A stretch of DNA of 63,465 nt, counting the filler, from Octopus bimaculoides (lineage: Eukaryota): NCBI RefSeq assembly GCF_001194135.2. It is 3 parts of 3 records of this genome, joined end to end, with 100 filler letters (N's around TTAATTAATTAA, not from the genome) between each part and the next. Parts side by side here need not be neighbours in the genome. Positions count along the whole stretch, not along the records: positions 1 to 30,089 come from NC_068996.1; 2 more parts are not named here. One strand, 5' to 3'. The position numbers were made by a program, and so were the translations under genes. Of the stretch, positions 1 to 10,629 are shown piece after piece (position 1 is the first letter of the stretch; every line of letters starts with the position of its first letter). The notes under the pieces were generated by a model. The model did not search any database and was not told the origin of the DNA. It saw only the letters and a list, made by a program, of their open reading frames with translations.

Positions 1-35
1 ATGTATGTGTTTTTTCGTGTTTTGTTCGAAAGGTA

Positions 36-121
36 ACCACTCCTGAAGAAGTGCCAAATGTCTAAATCCAATGGACCAGTCACTGGATAAGTTTGGCACA
101 GAAATGTTAACATAGAGTGGT
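36..121 (+). ncRNA. Type I hammerhead ribozyme motif (Penelope/retrozyme-like)
   Basis: Stem I ACCACTC(36-42)/GAGTGGT(115-121); core CTGAAGA 43-49; stem II GTGCCAAA(51-58)/TTTGGCAC(92-99) closed by an A50.A100 mismatch; GAAA 101-104; palindromic stem III ATGTTAACAT; AUA triplet ending at 114; AATAAA at 123-128. Confidence 0.75.
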
Positions 122-490
122 GAATAAATCGATATATCGAATTTGAAGTCTCTGTCTCTTTTGAATATGAAAATTTAAAAGTTTAAAAACCTTATAATAT
201 AAATATAAACTGTGAGAACGACCCTTAAGGAATCTAGTTAATGATCTCCTAAGGTAAGTTCTTATGCTATATTGGTAACGGTTGCTACATCCTCTGGGAA
301 AATTATTATATATATATATATATATATATATACTATATGGATTCAGAGAATCATGTGGCTATCACAGAAAGCTCCGCTAACAGACTCAGCAATCAGTCAA
401 CATAGTAATCCAATACAGAGAAGTATAATACACAGTGTCCATGCTGCTGAAATCCAGAGGATCCAATTGATGAAATCATTTCATGAAGAA

Positions 491-1232
491 TACATAAACC
501 ATAAAAAGTCAAGAGATATACGAGGTGAATATATTTATTCAACCACTGGACATCCTTAGGACTATGGCTGTTTTACAGCCTTCTTCATGAAGCATTAATT
601 TCAGTGTGGACTAAAATTGTGTTTAGATGTCTGCATTAATATGCATGCTATTGAATATACAATTGTATTGTATTGTAAAAAGTTAGATAGTTGTCATAGA
701 GACTTTAGTCTCTCTCTATCACCTTTCAACAGCATTATAAATGAAGAGACATTAGAACAATTAACAACATAATAAAAGGGTTTTATTTATGATGATGCTT
801 GGTTTCACAATTCCTGTCATTCAGCTTAGCAGCCACTGATTAAGTTGGAGTTTGGTAATGGAAGGTTAAGGGTTTCCTTGGTGCCTGCCAGAGAAGCAAG
901 TAGTTATCACCATCGAAAGCATCGTGGTGAAAAGTGCTTTGTTGAGGAGCGAGGAGTTGTCACGTCGAAGGTCTCAGGCTCAACTCGCTAACAAAGTGAA
1001 ATTAACTGCTTAAGTATGAGTTTTACTACGCATGCGCAACTCAAGGGGCTTCCGGTGGTGAAGTCCCTTGCGCATGCGCAGAATAGTACTTTCTCAATGG
1101 CGGCTATATTTTCGCGCCACTACAGTATAATGCACAGCATACATATCAGTGTAGACGTAATCCTAAGGGTAACAAGTGGTTAAATAAATATATTCACCTC
1201 TCATATCTCTTGACTTCTTTTGGTTTATACAT
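491..1232. repeat. Pair of ~76-bp inverted repeats (491-566 and 1156-1232), probable Penelope-like pLTR remnants
   Basis: Ungapped hand alignment of one arm with the reverse complement of the other gives ~13 mismatches in 76 nt. The left arm abuts a decayed hammerhead on the minus strand (554-592). Confidence 0.7.
1025..1124 (+). promoter_or_regulatory. CpG-rich housekeeping-type promoter island
   Basis: Perfect NRF1-type TGCGCATGCGCA 1069-1080 and a near copy at 1027-1038; ETS CTTCCGG 1049-1055; YY1-type AATGGCGGC 1096-1104 containing an ATG; E2F-type TTTTCGCGCC 1109-1118. The surrounding DNA is AT-rich. Confidence 0.55.
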
Positions 1233-1318
1233 GTATACATACGTACATATACATACATAAATATATATGTGGGTGGGGGTGTGCACACACATCCATTATG
1301 ATTTAACAGTCCTTACAT

Positions 1319-1437
1319 GGAATTTTTGTCTGTTTTTTTAACAAATATTCCCCTGAGGAGACTCATATGCATAAATGTGAATTTTTATAAATTCACTAGT
1401 AGATATGAGTCGAAACAAATTCTTGGATCTGTATTTG
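1319..1437 (+). ncRNA. Hammerhead ribozyme-like motif with imperfect stems I/III
   Basis: Core CTGAGGA 1353-1359; perfect 9-bp stem II GACTCATAT(1360-1368)/ATATGAGTC(1403-1411) enclosing a GTGAATTT/AAATTCAC hairpin; GAAAC 1412-1416. Stems I and III are only partly satisfied. Confidence 0.5.
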
Positions 1438-1595
1438 CTTTAATTATTTGTTATATTATATCATATTATATCTTTTTATAGTATAATCATATTATATTAT
1501 AATGTAAATACATTTTTAATATGTCAATTGCATTTCTCTTTTTCCTTTAATATTTTTCTATTTATATATAATCTGTCATCATTACTATCATAATT

Positions 1596-1826
1596 TAACA
1601 TCCATTTTTCCATGCTTACATAGGTTGGATGGAATTTGTTGTGGTAGATTTTCTACAGCTGGATGCCTTTCCTGTTACCCACCCTCACCTGCTTCCAAGG
1701 AAAGAAGTATTTCTCCATGACCAGATATAATTTCAGAGAACATTAGGAACAAAGGACACAGCTTGAATGACAGTGACACTCATTAGCAGTAATCATGCAA
1801 CATCAAGGCAAGACAAGAACACAGTA
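1596..1826 (-). mobile_element. RTE-type LINE 3' end / RTE-mobilised short element (diverged)
   Basis: Shares the ttccatgct...ttctacagctggatgcc block with many other copies in the window. Confidence 0.7.
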
Positions 1827-1854
1827 ATACACACACACACACACACACACACAT

Positions 1855-2020
1855 ATACGGTGGGCTTCTTTCAGTTTCCATCTACCAAATCCACTTGCAA
1901 GACTTTGGTTGGCCTGAGGCTATAGCAGAAGACACTTGCACTAGGTGCCAGGTTGTGGGGCTAAATCTAGAACCATGTGATTGAGAACCAAGCTTCTTAC
2001 TACACAGCCATGCCTGTACC
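1855..2020 (-). mobile_element. tRNA-derived SINE, family A
   Basis: Reverse complement of the 2426 copy (gggcttctttcagtttccatctacc...cacagcc). Confidence 0.85.
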
Positions 2021-2235
2021 CATAAATACATAATTTGTTTAACATCTGTTTCTCAGTGCTACCATGGATTGAATGAATGTGTAAGACTGAAGCATTGTTT
2101 TGTGCAAGATGCCATTGAGAAATATTTTTCTCTAATCAATAGGTGTCAAAACACCAGTCATTTCAGGACATCCTCTGGCAGACCAATAAAGGCATTTCAA
2201 GCTATTTGTCTGTAAAACAATACCTTAATAATATA

Positions 2236-2917
2236 CAGGGCTGGCCAAACGTTACCTGATAGTAAATCAAAACTATCTAATTCCAAGATTAAAACAAAAA
2301 ATCATTTTATATGAGACTTCGCTAATAAATAGATAGATGTTGAAAAAAATGGTGATTTTAACTCACAGAATTCAATTATTAAACATTCATAATTGGAATG
2401 AATAAATGAAATTGAATATTGAATAGGCGTAGGAGTGGTTGTGTGGTAAGTAGCTTGCTTACCAACCACATGGTTCCAGGTTCAGTCTCACTGCGTGGCA
2501 CCGTGGGCAAGTGTCTTCTACTATAGCCTCGGGCCGACCAAAGCCTTGTGAGTGGATTTGGTAGACGGAAGCTGAAAGAAGCCCGTCGTATATGTGTATA
2601 TATATATATATATGTGTGTGTTTGTGTGTCTGTGTTTAGGTCCCCCCCAACATCGCTTGACAACTGATGCTGGTGTGTTTACATCCCCGTAACTTACCAG
2701 TTCGGCAAAAGAGACCAATAGAATAAGTACTAGGCTTACNNNNNNNNNNCAAAAGAGACCAATAGAATAAGTACTAGGCTTACAAAGAATAAGTCCTGGG
2801 GTCGATTTGCTCGACTAAAGGCGATGCTCCAGCATGGCCACAGTCAAACGACTAAAACAAGTAAAAGAGTATATATGGAATTTTGATCTATTGTCGGGTG
2901 ACTTTTGGCCAACCCTG
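2236..2917. mobile_element. Tc1/mariner-type MITE with a nested SINE
   Basis: TA at 2234-2235 and 2918-2919; ~29-bp imperfect TIRs CAGGGCTGGCCAAACGTTACCTGA / TCGGGTGACTTTTGGCCAACCCTG. Confidence 0.75.
2426..2872 (+). mobile_element. tRNA-derived SINE, family A (full length)
   Basis: Pol III-like head (GTGGTTGTGTGG...GGTTCAGTCTCA), central (TA/TG)n, and a 3' tail ending aacaagtaaaagag. Multicopy in the window. Confidence 0.9.
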
Positions 2918-3267
2918 TATTTATCTAACTCAAGCTAGCATGGAAAAACAGCCATAAAACAAACAAAAAAATGAATGTGTTTGTGTATGCACAAAAATGA
3001 GTAGACATTTGTCTACTCCCCACCCCTTGTCCTGATATAAGTACACCAACTGAGTTGCTCTTTGTTTGAAGGGTTAGGGTAAATATCATACAACTTAGAT
3101 ACAGTTGAGGGTAGAAGATAAGAAGATCAGGGTGTAAAAGAAGTTTTTTGTCTGATCCATGCAGGCACAGAAAAGTAGACGTTAAAACAATAATGGTCTT
3201 ACACATGCATGCATACAGACATGACCACATCTGTCTGTATTAACACAACTATTCATCATAATCTTCA

Positions 3268-3957
3268 GGTGTGGCTGTGTGGTAAGAAGTTTGCTTCCAA
3301 ACCAGATGGTTGTGAGTTCAGTCCCACAGCATGGTACTTTGGGGCAAGTGTCTTCACCCAAAGTCTCAAGACAACCAAAGCTTTGTGAGTGGATTTGGTA
3401 GATGGAAACTAAAAGAAGNNNNNNNNNNNNNNNNNNNNNNNNNNNNNNNNNNNNNNNNNNNNNNNNNNNNNNNNNNNNNNNNNNNNNNNNNNNNNNNNNN
3501 NNNNNNNNNNNNNNNNNNNNNNNNNNNNNNNNNNNNNNNNNNNNNNNNNNNNNNNNNNNNNNNNNNNNNNNNNNNNNNNNNNNNNNNNNNNNNNNNNNNN
3601 NNNNNNNNNNNNNNNNNNNNNNNNNNNNNNNNNNNNNNNNNNNNNNNNNNNNNNNNNNNNNNNNNNNNNNNNNNNNNNNNNNNNNNNNNNNNNNNNNNNN
3701 NNNNNNNNNNNNNNNNNNNNNNNNNNNNNNNNNNNNNNNNNNNNNNNNNNNNNNNNNNNNNNNNNNNNNNNNNNNNNNNNNNNNNNNNNNNNNNNNNNNN
3801 NNNNNNNNNNNNNNNNNNNNNNNNNNNNNNNNNNNNNNNNNNNNNNNNNNNNNNNNNNNNNNNNNNNNNNNNNNNNNNNNNNAAAGTGCCATGCAGTGGG
3901 ACTGAACTTGAAGCCATGAGGTTGGTAAGAAACTTCTTAACCATACACCCATGCCTG
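3268..3957. mobile_element. Two family A SINE heads in opposite orientation (3268-3418 +, 3883-3957 -) flanking an N gap
   Basis: Direct similarity to the 2426 copy. Confidence 0.8.
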
Positions 3958-4019
3958 AACTTCACAAGACAACTTAGTAGAATGGTAACTCTGAATTTAA
4001 AAAACCGGTACAGAATAGA

Positions 4020-4525
4020 AAGGCGGCGAGCTGGCAGAAACGTTAGCATGCCGGGCGAAGTGCTTAGCGGTATTTACATTCTGAGTTCAAATTCTGCCGA
4101 GGTTGACTTTGCCTTTCATCCTTTCAGGGGTCGATAAATTAAGTACCAGTTACACACTGGGGTCGATGTAATCGTCCTAATCCCTTTGTCTGTCCTTGTT
4201 TGTCCCCTCTATGTTTAGCCCCTTGTGGACAAAAAAGAAATAAGAATAGAAAGGAATATCTGGTGCTACCATAGAAAGCTCTTCTAGTATGAGTGGTATT
4301 GATAATTAGGATAATCAGTGAGACAGCAGGCTGGCAGAATCATTGACACACTGAGAAAAATACTTACTGGCATTTCGTCAATATTTAATTTGAGTTCAAA
4401 TTCCACCAAGATTGACTTTGTCTTTGATCCTCTCAGAGTCAATAAAATAGGAACCAGTGGAGCACTGGAATTGATGTAACTGACTTAACCAAAATTGCTG
4501 ACCTTGTGCTAAAATTTGAAACCAG
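4020..4525 (+). mobile_element. Two tandem tRNA-derived SINEs, family B (Meta-domain-like)
   Basis: Head aggcggcgagctggcagaa with B box GAGTTCAAATTC; central gcctttcatcctttcaggggtcgataaattaagtaccag resembles the MetaSINE central domain (from memory). Confidence 0.8.
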
Positions 4526-4642
4526 TTTTATAATCAGTTCATAGGGTGAAGTGGGTGAGATGCTTCAATACCTGACCCAAGCAAGAACTGAACAAAAAAA
4601 GATGAGAAAAGGAGAGGATCACAAATGTTTATTATCTCATGT

Positions 4643-4890
4643 CATCATCATCATCATCATTTGACATCTGTTGTTCATGGTGGCATCGGTTGGACAGTTT
4701 GATTGAGGTTGGCAAGCTGGAAGGCTGCACCAGATTTCAGTCTGTTTTGGCATGGTTTTCTATGGCTGGATGCTCTTCCTAACACCAACCACTCCAAGAG
4801 TGTAATGGGTGCTTTTACGTGCCACCAGCACAGGTGCCATTTGCATGACACTGGTATCTGCCACAACTGCGATTTTGCTCAGCAAAGAGA
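4643..4890 (-). mobile_element. RTE-type 3' end element
   Basis: (CAT)n tail followed by the family consensus. Confidence 0.8.
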
Positions 4891-4971
4891 TATATGAAAG
4901 AAACACTAAACAGGAAGAATTCATCAAGAAAAAGACATAAACCATTTTATTTCTTCAAACTTAGAAGAAAT

Positions 4972-5390
4972 AATGCATGGCTATGTGGTTAAGAAGTTTA
5001 CTTTGCAGTGGTAAGAAGCTTGCTTCCCAACCATAAAGTTCTGGGTTCTGTCCCAATGTGTGGTACCTTGGGCAGGTGTCTTCTACAATAGCCCTCGGAC
5101 TGACCAAAGCCTTGTGACTGGATTTGGTAGAAAGAAAGCCCATCATAATGTGTGGATGCGTGTATGTGTGCAGGTGCATGTGATATATCTATGAGTATGT
5201 GTGTGTTTATCTGCTTGACAACTGGTGTTGGTTACAGGGTCATAACCCTGTAACTTAGTGGTTTGGCAAAAAGAGATCAATCAAATAAGTACCAGGTATT
5301 AAAAAATAAGTACTAAGGTTGATCTGTTCAACTAAACTATTCAAGGCAATGCCCCAGCATGACCACAGTCCAATGACTGAAACAAGTAGA
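4972..5390 (+). mobile_element. SINE family A (diverged)
   Basis: Head and tail both align by eye to 2426-2872. Confidence 0.8.
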
Positions 5391-6439
5391 TGATGATAAC
5401 ATGGTTCTGGTTTCAATTCCATTGCATAGCAGCTTGGGCAGGAGTCTTCTGCTGTAGCCCTGAAATGACCAGTGCATTGTGAGTGGATTTGGTACTTGGA
5501 AAATAGCAACAGAAAGGGTATCTGGCCATAAAATAACTGCTTCATCAAATTGTGTGAGACCCACGAAAGGGAAAAAGATTTTGAAGAGATAACGACAATG
5601 TTGGTGGTGGTGGTGGTGATAGTTTTTGCAACAGTTGGTCATTAGCATGAATGACCTCTAGTATAATCATCCTTAATTTCAGAGAAGATGGAAACAGAAA
5701 GTTCTGACATTAAAGCCTTTCCAAAGCGAATGTAAATAAACTGGAATATCTTCTAGTAAGAACTGAAACCGTGCTGCAGACACACGTCAATCAATTTCTA
5801 GTGCTCACATGGAAATTACAAAAATATTTCTAAAATCAAGGGTTTGTAAACTTGATATTTTCTTTTTGAAGAAAAATAGCAAAGTGGTTTTTCCTTTTTT
5901 CTTTCTCCGCCAATATTGGACTGATTTTTGAAATGTAGATATTTATTCTTTAACTATTTCAGTCATTGAATTGTGGCAATGCATGTGAAGAGTTTAGTTG
6001 AACATATCAAACCTAGCACTTATTTTTTTAAGTTTGGTACATATTCGATCAGTATTTTTTGCCAAACTGCTAAGTAACAAGGATGTAAACAAACCAACAC
6101 CAATTGTGAAATGGCATAGAGATAAACACACTGACAAATATACACCAGGTTTACATTGTGTGAATTAAGACAGTTTGCTCACAACCGAAAAACCTTTGAA
6201 CACAGATATATATCTGTGTGTGTGTGTGTGTGTGTGTGTGTGCATGCATATATATATATATATATATATATGTATACTAGATGTACCCATGACCTGTTGG
6301 GTCACAGCCACTCCAAGTTGAAAATGTTGACATGTGCCAGGAGAGTTAAAAATACTATTTCAAACTCCATACAATAAAAATTCTTAATACAGTTTCCTTG
6401 CTTTTGGTGTGACAACATAAACACAACCAAGTGTTTCTT

Positions 6440-6975
6440 CTTTGAAAATGTTCAAAAGGCCTTCAACCTTTTTCCCATGCATTATTTGCCATTCTTTGTT
6501 ACTAGTGCTCCAAGTGAAATACATGAGTACTTCATATTTTTGCAAAGTCTTCATTGATGCACAATGAAAAGAATTCTGTCTATGTTGTTCTCAGATGTCA
6601 TTCATTGACAGCCATATACATCCTCATTATTTCTGACAATATTCTTTGTTCATCTGGAGGATGAACTTAGTTTCATTATTGTAGGTGCTCTTTCATGAAC
6701 TGAATGGATGCACAACTGCTTCAGATGATCCAATTTCATTATACTTGACTAATTTCATTATCATTGTTTATTTGAACAGCAGCTTGGTCATTTCCTTTCA
6801 GCATGTACTTGATTATGTATTTAATTGACCTCATTTAGGCAACGATTTCAACATTGCAGTGGCATTTGAATGCTCTTAAAAGTTTCATTATAAGATACAA
6901 TCCATTTGCTGTTGTTTGATTTTCCATCCGTATGAAATTCAACTCCTGTTGCAACTGATCTTTTTCTATAGAGAT
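6440..6975 (-). mobile_element. Helitron Rep/helicase remnant (frameshifted)
   Basis: Minus-strand frames give KWIVSYN / LLRAFKCHCNVEIV*MRSIKYIIKYMLKGNDQA / NEISQ / IGSSEAV / VHERAPT / VHPPDEQRI / TEFFSLC / YFTW. This matches the Helitron Rep-Hel pattern WVVPYNPxLLxxFNCHINVE..SIKYxxKYxxKGxD..DEI..EAxWR..IHERxP..VHL..Q. Confidence 0.85.
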
Positions 6976-7464
6976 AGTTGATCTGTCTGTTTTTCTGCCT
7001 TTTGATTAAGATGATAAAGATTAATATTTTATTTTAAATAAAACAGAACTTTTCCCTTTTAAGAAAAAAAAAAAAAAATCAAGTACTTGTGATTCAAAAA
7101 AATCTCATAAAAATATAGGGAGATTTTCTGTCTTTCAAGTCCATGATACTCCAAAAGTTGTATAAATGATTAATGGGAAAAAAAAGAAAGTAAGATAAAA
7201 GGGCAGACAACAGTAGCTGCAACGACTTTAAAGTGTCAATATTTACAACTTGATTTTTTTTTCTTAATGAGGGGGAAATGACTACTTTATCTGTAATCTT
7301 TATCATCTTAATCAAATAGCAGGGAAACAAACTTTGAATTTTATTATAATACAGATATATACTTGTATATGATGTGTTGTGAATCTATGGAAAGAAATCC
7401 CATAAAACTCAACAATTTAGTTAAAAATGGAGAAGAGATGTTAAAATATATAAGAAAATTTTAA

Positions 7465-7572
7465 TTCATGCAGACGATCGTTTCGTACAGATATATAAAA
7501 ATCATGCAAATTCATGGTTGAATTGAAGTAAATTAAATTAATTATATTTCAATGTATTCTTCAGTGCAAGAA
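7465..7572 (-). ncRNA. Type I hammerhead ribozyme motif
   Basis: Minus strand: stem I TGCA/TGCA plus a TTC/GAA extension; core CTGAAGA (7564-7558); stem II TACA/TGTA closed by an A.C mismatch with a ~63-nt loop; GAAAC-GATC-GTC, with a palindromic stem III and a GUC triplet ending at 7473. Confidence 0.65.
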
Positions 7573-7767
7573 GTATAAACAAATTTTTTACAAAGGATTT
7601 GAGAAAGGAAATAGCAGAATAGAATCTAGGAGGCTCATATTTATCTTTATGAGAAAAAAGATATGCGAGTCCAGTTAGGTAATAACTATAACCCCAAATT
7701 AAAGGACGGACCTAAATTCAACCTTTTTACACCTATATTAATATATATATATATATATATCATAATC

Positions 7768-7922
7768 ATCATCATCGTTTAACGTCCGCTTTCCATGCTA
7801 GCATGGGTTGGACGATTTGACTGAGGACTGGTGAAACCAGATGGCAACACCAGGCTCCAGTCTAATTTGGCAGAGTTTCTACAGCTGGATGCCCTTCCTA
7901 ACGCCAACCACTCAGAGAGTGG
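7768..7922 (-). mobile_element. RTE-type 3' end element
   Basis: catcatcgtttaacgtccgctttccatgctagc consensus. Confidence 0.85.
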
Positions 7923-7988
7923 TATTATTTTTGTATTTGGTTTGCAAGATTCTTTATGTGAATTCGTGTGTTGAAGCATATTTTGTTG

Positions 7989-9042
7989 TGTCTGGGGAAA
8001 GTCATTCTGTTTTAATGCCTCGTTAATTAACACACTCACCAGTTCAATTTCCACTCATTTACTTATTTAATTTTTTTCTAAAATTTTCATTGCTTCTTGC
8101 AACCTTTTCAGCAGTTGTTGACTCTGTCCATTAGCAGAGCTGCATTCTTTTTGTTTGTGCACATGTGTGTGCATCAGTGTCCATGTGTATACACATATGT
8201 ATGTATGCGTGTGCATATATGCATGCGTATGCACATTTGTGTATGTATTCTGCATATTCATATGTTTGTGTATACCTCTGTCTCCTTGTGTGTGCATGTT
8301 TGAGTGCCTATATGTATGGATTTGTGTAACTATGTACATGCGTCTGTTATGTGTGGGTGTGCCTCCATGTGTCCTTATGAGTGGAGTGTGCATATGGTCA
8401 TAGGTTTCTGACTCATTTTGTGCATGTATGTGTGTGTGCTTGTCTTTTCCATATTACCTATGCACCTATCTATCTACTTATCTGTTTACCTACATATCCA
8501 TTTACCTACCTATATAAATATATTCACCTACTAACAAATCTACCTGTGTACATATAAACTGTGGGTATTGAGGTATCACTATCTTCTACATGTATCTACA
8601 CATAGAATGTAATGATACCCCAATACCCACAGTTTATACATAGGTAGATTTGTTAGTAGGCTGTTATGTAGGTGAATATATATATATATAGGTAAGTAAA
8701 CAGATAGGTACACAGATAATTTGGACAGGCAAGTACACACCTACACACCACACACACATACCAAAAGGAAATGGCAACAAATGACTATATACACACACAC
8801 ACACTCCACATACACACACACATACATATATACATACATGTGTATACACATGCACACTGATGCATACACATGCACACAAACAAAAAGAACGCAGCTCTGA
8901 TAATGGACAGTCAACAACTATTGAAGAGGTTGCAAAAAGCAACAAAAATTTTAGGAAAAAAATCAAATAAATAAGTAAATGAGTGGAAATTGAACCAATG
9001 TGTTAATTAATAAGGCAATAAACAGAATGATGCTCCCCAGAC

Positions 9043-9044
<2 letters not shown>
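7989..9044. repeat. ~1-kb imperfect palindrome (foldback inversion) centred near 8595
   Basis: 7989-8200 is the reverse complement of 8840-9044, and 8460-8582 of 8609-8720. The central 26 nt is itself partly self-complementary. Confidence 0.9.
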
Positions 9045-9099
<55 letters not shown>

Positions 9100-9330
9100 C
9101 ACACACACNNNNNNNNNNNNNNNNNNNNNNNNNNNNNNNNNNNNNNNNNNNNNNNNNNNNNNNNNNNNNNNNNNNNNNNNNNNNNNNNNNNNNNNNNNNN
9201 NNNNNNNNNNNNNNNNNNNNNNNNNNNNNNNNNNNNNNNNNNNNNATATTAGCACTTTACTACTCCACAAAACTCTCAGCCATCGAGTCACTATGTTACT
9301 TCTGCCAAATATAAATTTTATATATATATA

Positions 9331-9845
9331 TCATCATCATCATCCTCATCGTTTAACGTCCGCTTTCCATGCTAGCATGGGTTGGACGATTTGACTGAGG
9401 ACTGGCGAACCAGATGGCTACACCACACTTCAATCTGAATTGGCAGAGTTTCTACAGCTGGATGCCCTTCCAAACGCCAACCACTCCGAGAGTGTAGTGG
9501 GTGCTTTTTAAGTGTCTCTGGCACGAAGGCCAGTCAGGCGGTACTGGCAACGGCCACGCTCAAAATGGTGAATTTTACGTACCACCTGCACAGGGGCCAG
9601 TCCAGCTGGCAACTGGCAATGACCTCACTCGAATGTCTTTTCACGTGCCAGAAAGGCGACATTGGTAATGATCATGCTCAAATGGTGCTATTTACGTGCC
9701 ACTGGCATGGAAGCCAGCCAGCTTCTCTGGCAACGATCACGCTTGGACGGTGCTCTTAGTAATTTACTGGTACAGGTACCATCACGACTTCGCTTTCACT
9801 AGCCGCAATAGGTCTTCACAAGCCGAGTTTAGTGTCCAATGAAAT
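9331..9845 (-). mobile_element. RTE-type 3' end element (long version with internal degenerate repeats)
   Basis: Family consensus plus 3-4 copies of ctggcaacg..cacgctc..atggtg..acgtgccac. Confidence 0.85.
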
Positions 9846-10426
9846 ATATATATATACACACACACACAGATAGAAAGAGAAAGAGTGAGGAGGATATATA
9901 TAGATAGACAAACAGAGACAGAGATAGAGAAAGAGAGATATACAGAGATATGCAAAGAGAGATAGAGAGAAAGAGAGAAATGAAAATTGAGAGACAGAGA
10001 GGAATGGAGAAAGAGGGAAAAAGAAAGAATATTAAGTGACTGAAATCCTATGGCAGTGTGCGTGTGTTTGTAATATTAGCATGAAACTGTGTGTTGGTAT
10101 CATAAAATACGTTTTACTGTCATTACAAGACTTTTATATAAGCTTTAACAAAAACCAGCTGCTTCAATTGGAAATTGAATCCAATATAATATGGAAATTC
10201 AGTTCAAGCTTTCTTTTAATTGCTGTCATTGAGACTTATATATATAGATCTAAAGCAATAAAACATTTGTTCAATGTTCAAAATCCTTAACTAGAAACAT
10301 ACATAATATTGACATGCGACACACACACACACACACACACATTATCCTACACACATGCACATACAATAAAACACAAATATCAAAAATACTGTAAAAAAAT
10401 ACACCAACGATTTAAACTTTTATCTT

Positions 10427-10432
10427 TTTATT
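10427..10432 (-). terminator. Polyadenylation signal of NOC4L
   Basis: AATAAA on the minus strand, 24 nt downstream of the TAA stop. Confidence 0.6.
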
Positions 10433-10456
10433 GAAAACCCAAGATCCTTGTACAAA

Positions 10457-10576
10457 TTATTCTACACGCCAAAATGAATATTTCATATCTTGTTTCGTCA
10501 AAATTCCAGAAGGACAGGACTGGTTTACAGGTACTTCTTTCAACTTCTCACCTCTCTCAATTTCATTTGCAAATAG
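10457..10576 (-). CDS. NOC4L: NOC4L (CBF/Mak21 family) terminal coding exon
   Basis: Acceptor tatttcag| in phase 0; LFANEIERGEKLKEVPVNQSCPSGILTKQDMKYSFWRVE*. In frame with the upstream exon and aligns to the NOC4L C-terminus (IFERDLKKKGPEPVP..., from memory). Confidence 0.85.
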   Translation of the reverse strand, partial: LFANEIERGEKLKEVPVNQSCPSGILTKQDMKYSFWRVE

Positions 10577-10595
10577 CTGAAATACATATAACAAC

Positions 10596-10629
<34 letters not shown>

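Noticed and set aside
2426-2500. tRNA gene or CRISPR-like repeats
   Set aside because: tRNA-like heads belong to SINEs and no full cloverleaf was seen; repeats are dispersed, not regularly interspaced.
2706-2783. 34-bp direct repeat around a 10-N gap (also 29 bp at 12786-12853)
   Set aside because: Typical overlap artefact at negative-size gaps.
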